A DNA stretch of 64,000 nucleotides from Lama glama (GCA_028534125.1 CM052816.1:29700001-29764000), one strand, 5' to 3'; numbered from the stretch's first letter, positions 27,463 through 40,368 are shown. Notes: generated by a model from the letters alone, not told the origin. Numbers and translations are program-made.

Positions 27463-28804
27463 CTTTTAAGAGAACTCTGGGGCAACATGAAGTGCACTAA
27501 TATTCGCACTATAGGGGTCCCAGAAAGAGAAGAGAGAGAGAAGGAACCGGAGAAAATTTTTGAAGAGATTATGATAAAAACTTCCCCAACTTGGGAAAGG
27601 AAACAGTCACCCAAGTCCAGGAAGTGCAGAGAGTACCACACAGAATCAACCCAAAAAGGAGCACACCGAGGCACATAGTCATCAAATTGACAACAATTAA
27701 GGGTAAGGAGAAAATATTAAAATTAGTAAGAGAAAAGCAACAAATAATGTACAGGGGAACTCCCATAAGGGATTTTTCAGCAGAAATTCTACAGGCCAGA
27801 AGGGAGTGGGGAGATATATTTAAAGTGATGAAAGGGAAAAACCTACAACCTATCCAGCAATACTCTCATTCAGATTTGATGTAGAAATCAAAAGCTTCAC
27901 AGATAAACAAAAGCTAGAAGAATTCAGCACCACAAAACCAGCTTTACAACAGATGTTAAAGGAAGTTCTTTAGTCATCAAACCATAAGAAAAGAGAACAA
28001 AAAGAAGAAAGAGCAAAAAAAAAAAAAAAAAAGACCTACAAAAGATTACTTTGGCAGTTTGGGGTCTTTTATGGTTCCATATAAATTTTGGAATTGTTTG
28101 TTCTAGTTCTGTGAAAAATACTGAGTACTTTGACAGGAGTTGCATGGATCTGTAGATTGCTTTTGGTAGTACAGCTATTTTGATAATGTTGACTCTTCCA
28201 ATCCAAGAGCACAATGTTGAGTCTTCCGATCTTTCCGTTTCTTTGTATCATCTTCAGTTTCCTTCATCAGTGTTTTACAGTTTTTAGGGTATAAGTAACC
28301 TCCTTGGTTAAGTTTATTTCTAGGTATTTTGTTGTTTTTGATGCAATGGAAATGTTTATGCCAGTCATAAATTTCTCATTTTTGAAGTGGGGGAAAAAAA
28401 GTGAATGAAGGGCTGCAAAAGGCAAAATATCCTTCTCTCTTATGGGTGGATTGTATTCCATTACATATATATGCTGCATCTTCTTTATCCATTCATCTAT
28501 TGATGTGCACTTATGATGCTTCTATATCTTGGCAGTTTTAGATAGGGTTGCTGTTAATAGTGAGGTGTATGTATCTTTTTAAATTAATTCTTATTTTGTG
28601 GTTGACTTTATTCCTTTGATAACTATGTGGGTTTAAAAAGCTAAAGCTCTAAATGTTCTTGGAAACAATGAACAGTACATATGTGTAAGTTTAAAAAATA
28701 TGTGCAGTATATTGTGTGTATGTATTTACACGCAATACATCGTATATGTGCAGTCAAATTGTAACAATCCTACCTAATAAAACTGAAAAAGAAGAAATAA
28801 AAAA
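27463..28804 (+). mobile_element. Composite L1-derived retroelement (ORF1 sense, inverted ORF2/3' pieces, distinct tail, A-rich end)
   Basis: TSD agaattctttctc at 27450-27462 and 28805-28817; ORF1 peptides NIRTIGVPE and QRVPHRINPKRSTPRHIVIK. Confidence 0.75.
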
Positions 28805-29139
28805 AGAATTCTTTCTCTTAACCACTAAAATGTAATGTCTCACCTACAGATGTCTTTGTATGTCAGTACATAAGATATACACCGCCCCCCCAACCCCCAA
28901 AATCCTCATGACATTCCATTCAATAGATGTGTTGTAGTTTAACTTTTTCCCTGTTGCTGTATATTTAGTTTGTATCCAACTCTTTGCTATTATATAAATA
29001 GTGCTACATTCAACATCCTAATAGGTATGTATACGTGTGTGTTTATCTCTGGTGGATAACTGGAAATAAAATGGCTGAGTCGAGGAGTATTCATGTTTTA
29101 AATTTGATAGAAACTATAAAGTTGCCATATCAGCTTTGA

Positions 29140-29780
29140 CCATTGTGAGCTCGTTCACATTGATTCCTGTGTCCTTCCAACATGCCTTAGCCTTTTTCCC
29201 CACCCACCTCTCTAAGTACGTCCTTACCCTGTGTCACTCCAAGGTACTCCAGGCTCATCTTCTGTTTTCCCTGCCTCAGTCATAAAATTTTCCAGCTCAG
29301 CCATTTTCGAAGAATCCCTGGTTCCTTTTGTTGACAAATTGTATTTAGAAACCAAGGTATGCTTGCTGCTACTGGGATGTCACTTTTATGGGCCCTCTCA
29401 GTTGACAGCCCTAGAAAATGTACACACATCTCTATTTCTGTGTCTAGCTATTTTGTATCTGCATTTATATTAAAGCAGATGAGTTTATATTGATGTCTCC
29501 AACTCTGATCCAATACCACAGGGTTCATTCTAGACTTTCTGCATTGCTTATTTGTAAATTCTTTCTCTGACCTTGAGGAACCTGACTTCCATTATCTGCA
29601 TTTTATCTATTCAACCTGAGTATGCATGTAAACTAGTTTCAGAATTTTTAACTTCTGTCCACATAAGAGACACTTACCAACTAGACTAATCTGTTTATGT
29701 ACATTTCTTTTTGTCTTTATCCTAACAGAATCAAGTTAAAACACCATTTTCCAAAGTTACCTAGATCAGCTCTATTTTTC
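29140..29780 (-). mobile_element. Old L1 3' UTR fragment (L1MC/MD-like)
   Basis: ctccaggctcatctt...gaatccctggttccttt...gtatttagaaaccaag. Confidence 0.6.
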
Positions 29781-31109
29781 TCTCATCGACAGAGAGATTA
29801 TTTTATATCACTTTTAATCACTGATTTAAAGTCTAGGGCTGCATAAAATAATGATATATTGCATGATAACCTGAAATACTGGCAGAAAAATATATAAGGA
29901 ATTTTTTGTAGCTTTTATTTCAGATAATATTTTAACAAAGATCATGATAAAAAGATTTCCAGGGAATATGGATATTTATTTTGTTTTTCCAAGTAGTCAT
30001 CTTGAAAATGGAATTTTATCATACTTACCATCTTTAATTCATTTAAAAGTCCTGGTAAAACCAATTAGTCTGAAAGATATTATCAATTGTAATAATTATT
30101 TTTTCTAAAATAGGAAAACAGTGTTATTAAATAAAATTATTATTTCCTAGATTTATAGAACTTTAAGGATGAAGGAATCTGTTCTGTTTGTTTATTTACT
30201 TACTCATTTCACTTTGTTTAATCTTAGCTCGCCTATCACAAATGAAGGACTATTATTGCTAAAGACTAAGGATAAGGAAAATGACTTAGGAGAATAATGA
30301 AGAAAAACAATGTTCTGTTTGTATATATTTTTACTTAATGGCAATCATTTCATAATCCAGCTTGGGAATTTTGTTTAGCTTCTTGTTCTATAGTTTTGAA
30401 CATCTAGTTCTGCTAAAGGTTTATTAAAAAGTGAGTCAAATGTAAATGAGTCACAGTAGTTATTTCACCAATCTCTTAACCAAAATCAAACTAATTTTTT
30501 TTACTTTATATATTTCTGTTCATGCAAAGTGGTCTTTTCAACAGCAAATAAACATTTGCACATGAAATATAAACCCTGGTATATCATTGAATATCAGTGT
30601 GGGAAGCAGGTCTACCTTTTACTTGTTTAGCACTTTTACTTAAAAATTCTATTACTGTCATGTTAAATTGGTTTTAAGCAAATCTCCTTGCTCAAGTTCA
30701 GCTTAATATTTACTAAATGGTTGTTCAGGAGCCAGATTCCTTGTCCTTTTCTTATTTTTAATAGAATCTCCCGTAATAGAGACAGGAAACATTTGGAGCC
30801 GAGCAGTATTTCATGATTGAAAGCACTTCAGGAGAACTGGGCTATTGTATAAAAATTTTCTTCACATAACTATCACTAAGTATCTGAGTACAGAAACTGT
30901 GTCTCTATTTGCTGTCCTCTTCATAAATCTTAGGCACTTTTCTGTCAATTATTGAGATCCTATTCCAGGGTACCTTGCTTAGTGGTGAGGAAAAAGAAAT
31001 AGAAGGATTTAGAAGGTAAAGCTCCTGCCTGCCCTGGGAGGGGAGTGTGTGACTGGTTAATTTGTCTGCTTGTTTGCTTGCATATGATTTATAAAGCAGA
31101 ATTTTCTTC

Positions 31110-31560
31110 ATCATCTTTTATGTGCCAGGCCCTTTATTAGGCACCGTAAATACAAAGATGAGGAAAAAGCAAAGATTCTTTTCTCTAGTTGCTCAGTTGC
31201 ATTGGAGGAGACAAATGCATACATATAATTACAGTACAGTGCTCCAAGAACACAATAGTAGGTATTTTGGGAGAAGAGAAATACCATGTGTCCTGGCAGG
31301 GGAAATTACGAAATGTTTTCCGTAAGAGAGATGTTACCCACCTTAGAGTTTGTTGAGAGTCACTCAGAAAGAGCCTCAAAGAGAAGAAGGGACACTTCTA
31401 TCATGGGGAAGGTGGGAGCTGAGTCTCAGAGAAGAGAAAAAAACATCATGTATGTAAAGAACTATAGGAAGATCACAGTCCTTAGAAAATAGGATGCAAC
31501 TAGTAAAATGGCAAGAAAAGACACAAGAGAGTAAGTTAGGGCCTAGATTGGGGAATGCTG
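31110..31560 (-). mobile_element. L2 fragment
   Basis: tatgtgccaggccctttattaggcac...aaatacaaagatgagg...ggaggagacaaatg. Confidence 0.55.
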
Positions 31561-31654
31561 TCCTTAGCATTAATGCCTGGCATTGTATAATGGAAAGATC
31601 CTTTCCATTTTTTAATTGTGTTAAGTTTCATGACATAATGTTTATCACTAGCCA

Positions 31655-31707
31655 TTTTTTTGTTAATTGGAGTATAGTGATTCAGTTGTATATACATCTA
31701 TCTATCT

Positions 31708-31760
<53 letters not shown>

Positions 31761-34160
31761 CTTTTTCAAATTCTTTTCTATTACAGGTTATTACAAGATA
31801 TCAAATACAGTTCCCTATGCTGTACAGAAGATCCTTGTTTATCTGTTTAGTTTACAGTAGCATGTGTCTGTTAATCCCAAATTCCTAATTTATCTCTCTC
31901 CACCTTTCCCTTTTGGTAACCATAAGTTTGTTTTCTATGTCTGTGAGTCTATTTCTGTTTTGTAAATAAGTTCATCTCTGCTACTTTATTAAATTCCACA
32001 TATAAGTAATACCATACAATATTTGTCTTTCTCTGACCTAATTCACTTATTATGATAATCTCTAGGTCTATCCATGTTGCTACAAATGGCGTTATTTAGT
32101 TCTTTGTTAATGGCTGAGTCATGTTCCATTGTATAAATATACCACATCTTCTTTATCCATTCATCTGTGAATGGACATTTAGGTTGCTTCCATGTTTTGA
32201 CTATTGTAAATAGTGCTACTATGAACATTGCGGTGAATGTATCTTTTTGAATTGGAGTTTTCTTTGGATATATGTCCAGGAGTAGGATTGCTGGATCATA
32301 TGGTAAGTCTATTTCTAGCTTTTTAAAGAACTTCCATACTGTTTTCCATAGTTTTACATTCCCACCAAGAGTGTATAAGGTTCCCTTTTTCCATACCCTC
32401 TCCAGCATTTATTATTTGTAGACTTTTTGATGATGACCATTCTTACTAGTGGGAGGTGATGCTTTATTGTAATTTTGATTTGTATTTCTCTAATAACTAG
32501 TGATGTGGAGCATCTTTTCGTGTGCTTGTTGGCCATCATCAGTATGTCTTCTTTGGAAAGATGTTTATTTAAGTCTTCTGCCCATTTTTTGATTGGGTTG
32601 TTTGTTTTGTTTTTTTTTTTGATATTGAGCTGAATGAGCTGTTCATATATTTTAGAAATTAATTCCTTGTTGGTTGTATCATTTGCAAATATTTTCTCCC
32701 ATTTAGTAGGTTGTCTTTTCATTGTTTCCTTTGATGTGCAAAAGCTTTTAAGTTGCCTTTGCTATGCAAAAGCTTTTAAGTTAGGTCCTATTTGTTTATT
32801 TTTGCTTTTGTTTCCATTACTTTAGGAGACGGACTCCCAAAAATATTGCTGTGATTTATGTCACAGAATGTCCTGTATGTGTTTTCCTGTAGGAGTTTTA
32901 TAGAACCCAGTCATAACACTTAGGTCTTTAAACCATTTTGAGTTTATTTTTATATATGGTGTTAGAGACTGTTCTAATTTCATTCTTTTACATGTAGCTG
33001 TCCAGTTTTTCCAGCAGTGTATATTGAAGAGACTGTCTTTTCTCGATTGTATATTCTTGCCTCCTTTGTAGTAGATTTATTGACCATAAGTGTGTGGGTT
33101 TATTTCTGGGCTGGACTCTCTATCTTGTTTCATTGATCTTTGTGTCTGTTTTTGTGCCAGTACCATACTTTATGGATTGCTGTAGCTTTGTAGTATAGTT
33201 TGAAGTCAGGGAGCATAATTCCTCCAGCTTTCCTTTCCTAAGATTGTTTTGAATATTCAGGGTCTTTTGTGTTTCCATACAACTTTAAAATTTTTATTCC
33301 AGTTCTGTGAAAAAATGTCATTGGTAATTTGATAGGGATTGTATTGAATCTGTATATTGCCTTGGGTAGTATGGTCATTTTTAAAGGATTGATCCTTCTA
33401 ATCCAAGAATATGGTATATCTTTCCATCTGTTGATATTGTTTTCACCTTCTTTCATCAGTATCTTACAGTTTTCATAGTGCAGGTCTTTGCCTCCTTAGG
33501 TAGGCTTATTCCTAGGTATACTATTCTTTTTGATGTGATTATACATGGGATTGCTTCCTTAATTTCTCTTTATGATATTTTGTTGTTAGTGTATAGACAT
33601 GCAGCACATTTCTGTACATTAAATTTTGTATCCTACAACTTCACTGAATTCGCTGATGAACTCTAGTAGTTTTCTGGTGGTACCTTTAGGATTTTCTCTG
33701 TGTAGTATCATAACTACAAACAGTAACCGTTTTTCTTCTTTCTTTCCAGATTGTATTTCTTTTATTTCCTTTTCTTTGATTGCTGTGGCTAAGGCTTCCA
33801 AAACTATGTAGAACTGAAGTGGTGAGAGTCAGCATCCTTGTCTTGTCCCTGATGTTAGAGGGAAAGCTTTCAGGTTTTCACTGTTGAGTATGATGTTAGC
33901 TGTGGGTTTGTCACATGTGGTCTTTATTATGTTGAGGTATGTTCTTTTTCTGTACCTGCTTTCTGGAGAGTTGTTTTTTTTTTTATCATAAATGGATGTT
34001 GAATTTTATCAAAAGCTTTTTCTGCATCTATTGAGGTGATCATAAGGTTTTTATTCTTGAATTTGTTAATGTAGTATATCACATTGATTGATTTGCAGAT
34101 TTTTAAAAATTTTTGCACCACTGGAGTAAATCTCACTCGATCATGGTATATGAACTTTTG
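31655..34160 (-). mobile_element. L1, about 2.5 kb of ORF2 3' part plus 3' UTR, frameshifted
   Basis: Minus-strand ORF2 remnants: [64 protein letters not shown]. Confidence 0.95.
31696..31760. repeat. (TCTA)n / (GATA)n tetranucleotide microsatellite
   Basis: Direct tandem tcta array inside the L1 3' UTR. Confidence 0.95.
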
Positions 34161-34195
34161 GAGGGATTGTTAAATTCTACCACTGTAACCATTTT

Positions 34196-34292
34196 TAAAT
34201 AATTTTTTTAATGGAGATACTAGTGATTGAACCCAGGACCTTGTGCATGCCAAACATACGCTCTGTCACTGAGGTATACCCACCCCCCCACC
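34196..34292 (-). mobile_element. Vic-1-like tRNA SINE (diverged)
   Basis: gattgaacccaggaccttgtgcatgccaaacatacgctctgtcactgaggtataccc; flanking taaccattt repeats. Confidence 0.85.
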
Positions 34293-34434
34293 CATTATAA
34301 CCATTTAAAACTGTATATTTTTCAAGTGTTCAAGCATCTTATTTTAGATGGCAGACGATCTCGTTTTGAAATATACAAAGCTGTGTGATTGCCTTAAGAC
34401 CAAAAATCCTTTTTGCCATATGAAGGTTTATACA

Positions 34435-34745
34435 GTGTATCAGTTATGCATAGCCACAATAATTCTCTGTAACAACCAACCCCAATAATCTTAGTAGCAC
34501 ATAATCTTAGTAGTAGTAAAAGTTTATTGCTCACAACGTCAGCTGGGTATTGGCTCTGCTGTTCTTGGCAGGGCTTACTCTTACAACTGGCTTAGACAGG
34601 CTCTTGGATAGGTCATTGACATGATTCAGCTCTATTTTGCTTCTGATTCTCCTGTAGACTATCCCAGGCATATTCTCATGATGATGGCAGATATGTAGGA
34701 AGAAGCAAGCAAGGATAATTGTACAAACACTTTTCAAGTACTTCA
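34435..34745 (-). mobile_element. Old MLT1-like LTR fragment
   Basis: tgtatcagtta...tgtaacaaccaaccccaataatcttagt...ttggcagggcttact...cattctcatgatgatggcaga. Confidence 0.55.
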
Positions 34746-36118
34746 TCTAGAGCTGCTTATTCCCTACTATAGAGAAAAGACCCTTCTGTGTACTGTGCTC
34801 AGTACCCTGTGAGTCATGAGGTTTTCCTGTCTGGCTGGTAGGAACAGGCCCATACTTAGCTCTGTGTGTCTGCCAGGTACCATTATCACTGTTCTTTTTA
34901 GGTAAGTTTGGTGTCTAGGCATTCCTTAAACACAGTATGAAAAGCAGTAATGGTTAAGTAAAAGGTTGATAAATTATACTTCATTAAAATTAAAAACTTC
35001 TAGTCATTAAAAGATATTAGGATAGTGAAAATGCAATTTAAAGCTAGAAGATATTTGCAATACATAATATAAAAATAGTATAAATCAATAAAAAAGAGGC
35101 AGAGAGCCCAGTGTTATAAAAATGGGGGTACACATATACACATAGGTTATACTTAAGTTAAAAAAAAGCTTATGCACACATGAGTAGGAAAAGTCATTCA
35201 CCTAGTTAGTGACAGTGTGGACACTACTGTTGAGGTCTCTTAAATTTTAAAAAACTTTTATTTTACTTGCAGCTTTAGTCATCTTTCTGGCTTTTAAAAT
35301 TATAAGTTGCACAACTTAGATGTGCAAGTTTGAACATTATCAGCATTGATAATATTATTAACTCTACATTTGTAAAACATTTTAGTTTAGAGTGATTTAC
35401 CATACTCATATTTATTTGGTCTTTCTCATAACACTACCAAAGCACAGCAAATATTATAGAAAACTGAGGCTTACAGAAGTTATGTGGCTTGGCCAGAATC
35501 ATAAAAATGTCTTTGGTGAACCTAGGATTAGAATTTTTATCTTCTCATGCTCAGTCTAATGCTTTTTGCACTTTACATGGATGTCTTTCCAAAAACATTC
35601 ATAAACCTCTTATGTTCAAGATCATGTCAGATTCTTAGGACTCTAAGAGATACAAGTCAACCAACTTTCAATGATGTAACAGGTGAGTAGTAAACCAGCA
35701 GTAGAATGTACTTAACGAGGATTCCTTCAGTGTCCTAGGCTGAGGTCCAGAATGCGGTCACACACAGTAATGATCACTTTGTTTCACTCGTTCCTGCTCC
35801 TGCCTAATAGAGTCTGACCATGGTCACCAGCAGATCTTACGCCATTGCTGATTGTTGAAAATCCTCAAATGGTGTCCACCATGAGCTCCACAAACACTCT
35901 CATCAGCTTTCCAGAATTATTTCCTCCTTACAGCTCTGAAGTTCTGTTTTTGGACCAAGCTGGTGCCTGTTTTCTTTCCTTTTGGATAGATTATTTTTTT
36001 CCTTCAGAGATGTCTAAGCTTCTTATATACATATATTTCTGTTGGGACCTTTAAAGATAGCCCATTTAAGATCCACATTTAAGATGTGCGTACACATTTC
36101 TTCTTTTGTAAAACGGGT

Positions 36119-36354
36119 TCAACATACACAAATCAATCAATGTGATTCATCACATCAACAAGAGAAAGGACAAAAACCACATGATCATCTCAATAGATGG
36201 CAGAAAAGCATTTGATAAAATTCAACACCCATTATGATAAAAACTCTCACCAAAGTGGGTATAGAGGGAACATATCTCAACATCATAAAAGCTATATATG
36301 ACAAACCTACGGCCAGCATAGTATTCAACGGTGAAAAACTCAAAAGCTTCCTGC
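36119..36354 (+). mobile_element. Internal L1 ORF2 (RT-region) fragment without poly(A)
   Basis: Encodes [27 protein letters not shown]...[10 protein letters not shown]; flanked by tgtaaaacgggt and tgtgaaacgggt. Confidence 0.85.
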
Positions 36355-36439
36355 TGTGAAACGGGTAATAAAAATCTCTCCTCATCCTCATTGGAATGAA
36401 GATGGAGGATCTAGGAAAGCTCTTTAAACTGATGAATTA

Positions 36440-36980
36440 AGTAGATGAAAGGAAAAATATAAAATATCCACAATGAGAAACCATTTTATATCCACCAAAT
36501 AGGTGAACATTTAGGAAGTCTGATGATATCAAATGTTGAAGATGAAATGAAACAAATGGAACTATTATTCACTGCCGAAGAGTGTATAAAATATAACTAC
36601 TTTGGAACACAATTTGCCATTATTTCATGAGGAAAGCATAACCCAGACTTTGATATCAGTTTTACTCCTAGGTATATACTCTGATGAAACTGCTGTACTT
36701 CTATATTAGGACACAGGAGTTTTTATTAGTTTATTTATAATAGCACATAACTCTAAACAACTCAAATGTTTCCATGAATACATACATTGTGGCAAATTCA
36801 CATACAGGAATACTGTAAGACAGAAATGAAAATGAATGAAGGAATAAATATGGTTGGATGAGTCCCTCAAATAAAATGTTCTTAAAAAGACATCATAGAA
36901 TATATACCTTTTTTATAAAGTTCATATAGGCAAAATTGAGCAATGTCTGAAAGTAAGAGGATTATAAAAAATTAGTGATT
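36440..36980 (+). mobile_element. Old L1 3' fragment
   Basis: acaatgagaaaccattttatatccacc...ttactcctaggtatatactc. Confidence 0.7.
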
Positions 36981-37038
36981 ATCTTAGAAGAGGTCAAATT
37001 TATCAGGAGAGCTCTACTATTTTACTAGGGACATTCTT

Positions 37039-37742
37039 TTCTTTCTTTTTAGTTGCATTATAGTTGATTTACAATATTATGTAAATTTTAGGTGTACATC
37101 ATAGTGGTTCACAATTTTTAAAGGTCATATTCCATTTGTAGTTATCATAAAATATTGGCTCTATTCCCTGTGCTTTATTTGTTTATATATCCTTGTAGCT
37201 TATTTATTTTATGCGTAATAGTTTGTACTTCTTGATCCCAACCCGTTTCTTGCCCATCTTTCTTTCCCTCTCCCAACTGATAACCTCTAGTTTGTTCTCT
37301 TTATCTGTAAGTCTGTTTCTTTTCTTTCTTTTTTTGCTATATTCACGATTTTGTTTCACTTTGTAGATTCCACATATAAATGATATCCTATGTTATTTGT
37401 CTCCCTCTGTCTGATTTATTTCACTAAGCATAATACCCTCTGAGTCCATCCATGTTGCAAATGACAAAATTTCATTCTTTTCTGTGGCTAACTGGTATTC
37501 TGTTGTATATATATACCACATCTTCTTTATCCATTCATCTGTTGATATACCCTTAGTTTACTTCTGTATCTTGACCTTTGTAAATAATGCTACTATGAAC
37601 ATTGGAGTACATGTATCTTTTCAAATTAGTGTTTTTATTTTCTTTGGATATATACCCAGGACTGGAATTGCTGGGTCATATGATATTTCTATTTTTAGTT
37701 TTATGGGGGAACCTCCATACTGTTTTCCACAATGTCTGCAAA
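37039..37742 (-). mobile_element. 5'-truncated L1 with TSD
   Basis: TSD ggacattctt at 37029-37038 and 37743-37752; antisense L1 3' UTR. Confidence 0.9.
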
Positions 37743-37770
37743 GGACATTCTTAAGTGAGATTAGATGTAT

Positions 37771-37862
37771 GGGTCAGTAGGAGGGTAGTAGCTCAGAGCA
37801 CATGTTTAGCATGCACAAGGTCCTAGGTTCATTCCCAGTACCTTCATTAAAAAAAAAGAGAG
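37771..37862 (+). mobile_element. Vic-1-like tRNA SINE
   Basis: gtagctcagagcacatgtttagcatgcacaaggtcctaggttcattcccagtacc plus A tail; agatgtat flanks. Confidence 0.8.
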
Positions 37863-37968
37863 AGATGTATTAGTGAATCTACCTATCTATCTAAATTTCT
37901 CTGAGTGTGTGGAGCATATTGGGAGGGGTATCATAAGAGTGTTAATCATTTTGGTTAAATTGTATTTC

Positions 37969-38103
37969 TTTTTTTTTTTTTACATTTTTTATTGATTCAT
38001 AATCATTTTACAGTGTTGTGTCAAATTCCAGTGTTCAGCACAATTTTTCAGTCATTCATGGACATATACACACTCATTGTCACTTTTTTTCTCTGTGATT
38101 TAT
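37969..38103 (-). mobile_element. Young L1 3' end (runs into the gap)
   Basis: Poly(T) followed by the reverse complement of the same L1 3' end as 18335-18470. Confidence 0.9.
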
Positions 38104-38603
38104 NNNNNNNNNNNNNNNNNNNNNNNNNNNNNNNNNNNNNNNNNNNNNNNNNNNNNNNNNNNNNNNNNNNNNNNNNNNNNNNNNNNNNNNNNNNNNNNNN
38201 NNNNNNNNNNNNNNNNNNNNNNNNNNNNNNNNNNNNNNNNNNNNNNNNNNNNNNNNNNNNNNNNNNNNNNNNNNNNNNNNNNNNNNNNNNNNNNNNNNNN
38301 NNNNNNNNNNNNNNNNNNNNNNNNNNNNNNNNNNNNNNNNNNNNNNNNNNNNNNNNNNNNNNNNNNNNNNNNNNNNNNNNNNNNNNNNNNNNNNNNNNNN
38401 NNNNNNNNNNNNNNNNNNNNNNNNNNNNNNNNNNNNNNNNNNNNNNNNNNNNNNNNNNNNNNNNNNNNNNNNNNNNNNNNNNNNNNNNNNNNNNNNNNNN
38501 NNNNNNNNNNNNNNNNNNNNNNNNNNNNNNNNNNNNNNNNNNNNNNNNNNNNNNNNNNNNNNNNNNNNNNNNNNNNNNNNNNNNNNNNNNNNNNNNNNNN
38601 NNN
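38104..38603. other. Assembly gap (500 N)
   Basis: Run of N. Confidence 1.
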
Positions 38604-38753
38604 ACACAAAATGTTATGATAACTCACAGAGGAAAAAATGTGACAATGAGTGTGTATATGTCTATGAATGACTGAAAAATTGTGCTGAACACTGGAATTT
38701 GACACAACATTGTGAAATGATTATAAATCAATAAAAAATGTTAAAAAAAAAAA
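38604..38753 (+). mobile_element. Young L1 3' end (emerges from the gap)
   Basis: aatgtgacaatgagtgtgtatatgtctatgaatgactgaaaaattgtgctgaacactgg...aataaaaaatgtt plus A tail. Confidence 0.9.
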
Positions 38754-38779
38754 GACTTTAGAAATTGACTTATCTGCTT

Positions 38780-38960
38780 TACCATGATTGATTTTGGAAC
38801 CTTGAGTAAGTTACTTCACCCCTCTGTACTTTGTCTTCCTCATTTGTAAAACAGAGATAACAACAGTACCTACTCTGCAGGGTCTTTGTGAGAATTAGAT
38901 GAGATAATACATGTACATTTTCTAGAATAGCGCTTAGTATCCAATAAGTACATGAAACTT
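38780..38960 (+). mobile_element. MIR
   Basis: ccttgagtaagttacttcacccctctgtactttgtcttcctcatttgtaaaacagagataa. Confidence 0.8.
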
Positions 38961-40368
38961 TGTATGTAAGTGGCCAAGTGTTTGTTAGAAATGGCAACTG
39001 TCTGATTGATGTCAAAGCTGGACTCTTACCACTGTTAGATAATAGTGTTGAACTAAACTGAGGAAATGGAAGGAGTGAAGTGGATTGAGGGATTGGGGCT
39101 AGAAGAAGAGGTTTAGTACCTCTATTTAGTATCTCAAGGACAGTTTATAAGCTCAGATAATCAGTCTTGCTTATGAAAGATCATAGAAGAAAGACTGCTT
39201 CAGAAAGAGGGTTTTTATGTGTGTCCTCCATTGGTCAGGACTTCAGGATGTTAGTAAAAAGTTTATTTCAGCCTGTTCCAAACTAGGGTTGTTTCAGAAA
39301 GCCTGCAGAATAGATTGATTTTCCTGGATACCTTTAAGGAAGCTGATCAAGTGATTAGAAAATCTTGTGACTTTCTAATACTAATACTATGCTAATAATA
39401 TGGTAGATCTTAGTTATATGTTCTCTTTTAATATATCCAGTTAGTGGATAATTTTCAGAGAGACAATTTGTGAAGGATATTTTAGTCTTTTAACAGACAA
39501 TAAATTTCAAATTCTGTTTTCATACAGCGATGTGAACCATAGTAAGAAATAAAAAACTCCCCTCCCCTGAAATAACAAATTTCTTTTAAAAATCAAATTA
39601 ATTCCAGTAAACAAAATCCATTGTGAATTTTGCATGTTTCCTCAAGATTTTGTTTTAATCAGATGCCTGATATAAATTCCTCCAGTGATAACTTGGAATT
39701 GAATATTGAAAGCAGTAGTTGACTGTACTTTGTTATACTAGTTGACCTGATGATACATCAAAGCTGTTAGTAATTATAGTTAATCAACATTATGAATTAT
39801 TCTTACAGTTATTTAATCATAGGCTTTCTTTTATGATTATACATGTTTCTCAACCATCTTCTTCCACTGCTTTCCCTCCCTGCATCTATTTTTTACTTTT
39901 TCCATTGGTAGAAATGCAGAGTAATTTTAATATGATCATATCTACAACATTATTAGTCAAATATACTTTAAAAATGTATTCCAAAATCACATACATTCTA
40001 TAGTGAATCTTTTATGATGCCCACTTTGCTTTCCTTCCTCTCTTCCTCCTCTTCATCCCCTCATCTCTTTGAGAAAAGAAAGGAAATAAGTTGCAGAGGA
40101 GAATTCTTTGAACAAAAAGCAATCAGAGTAAAAGAACTATATTTCTCATAATACATCCTTAAATGTGATTTCTGATCAGAGTATGGGTTAGGAATATGGC
40201 TTTATGAATGTAAGATTACTTGAGTTTCATTTAATTAAAGTAGGAAGCAAAGGGCAAAAATGCTGACATTCAATTTTCTGTTGCCTTTCTCATGTCTCAC
40301 TGTCTCAGCTGAAATATCTCAATGGAAAAAAGTATCTGTAATATGCTACTTTTTAATCTAAAAGAGGA

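Noticed and set aside
31494..31888. ORFs with repeated IYLS peptide
   Set aside because: Translation of the (TCTA)n microsatellite.
32729..32782. About 27 bp tandem duplication inside an L1 (similar short ones near 34486-34516 and 53179-53211)
   Set aside because: Ordinary slippage duplications with no sign of function.
32043..34136. Reverse-transcriptase-related ORFs
   Set aside because: Frameshifted, stop-riddled L1 ORF2 remnants; no intact gene.
37992..38705. Long ORFs of 175-227 aa
   Set aside because: Artefacts of translating through the N gap.
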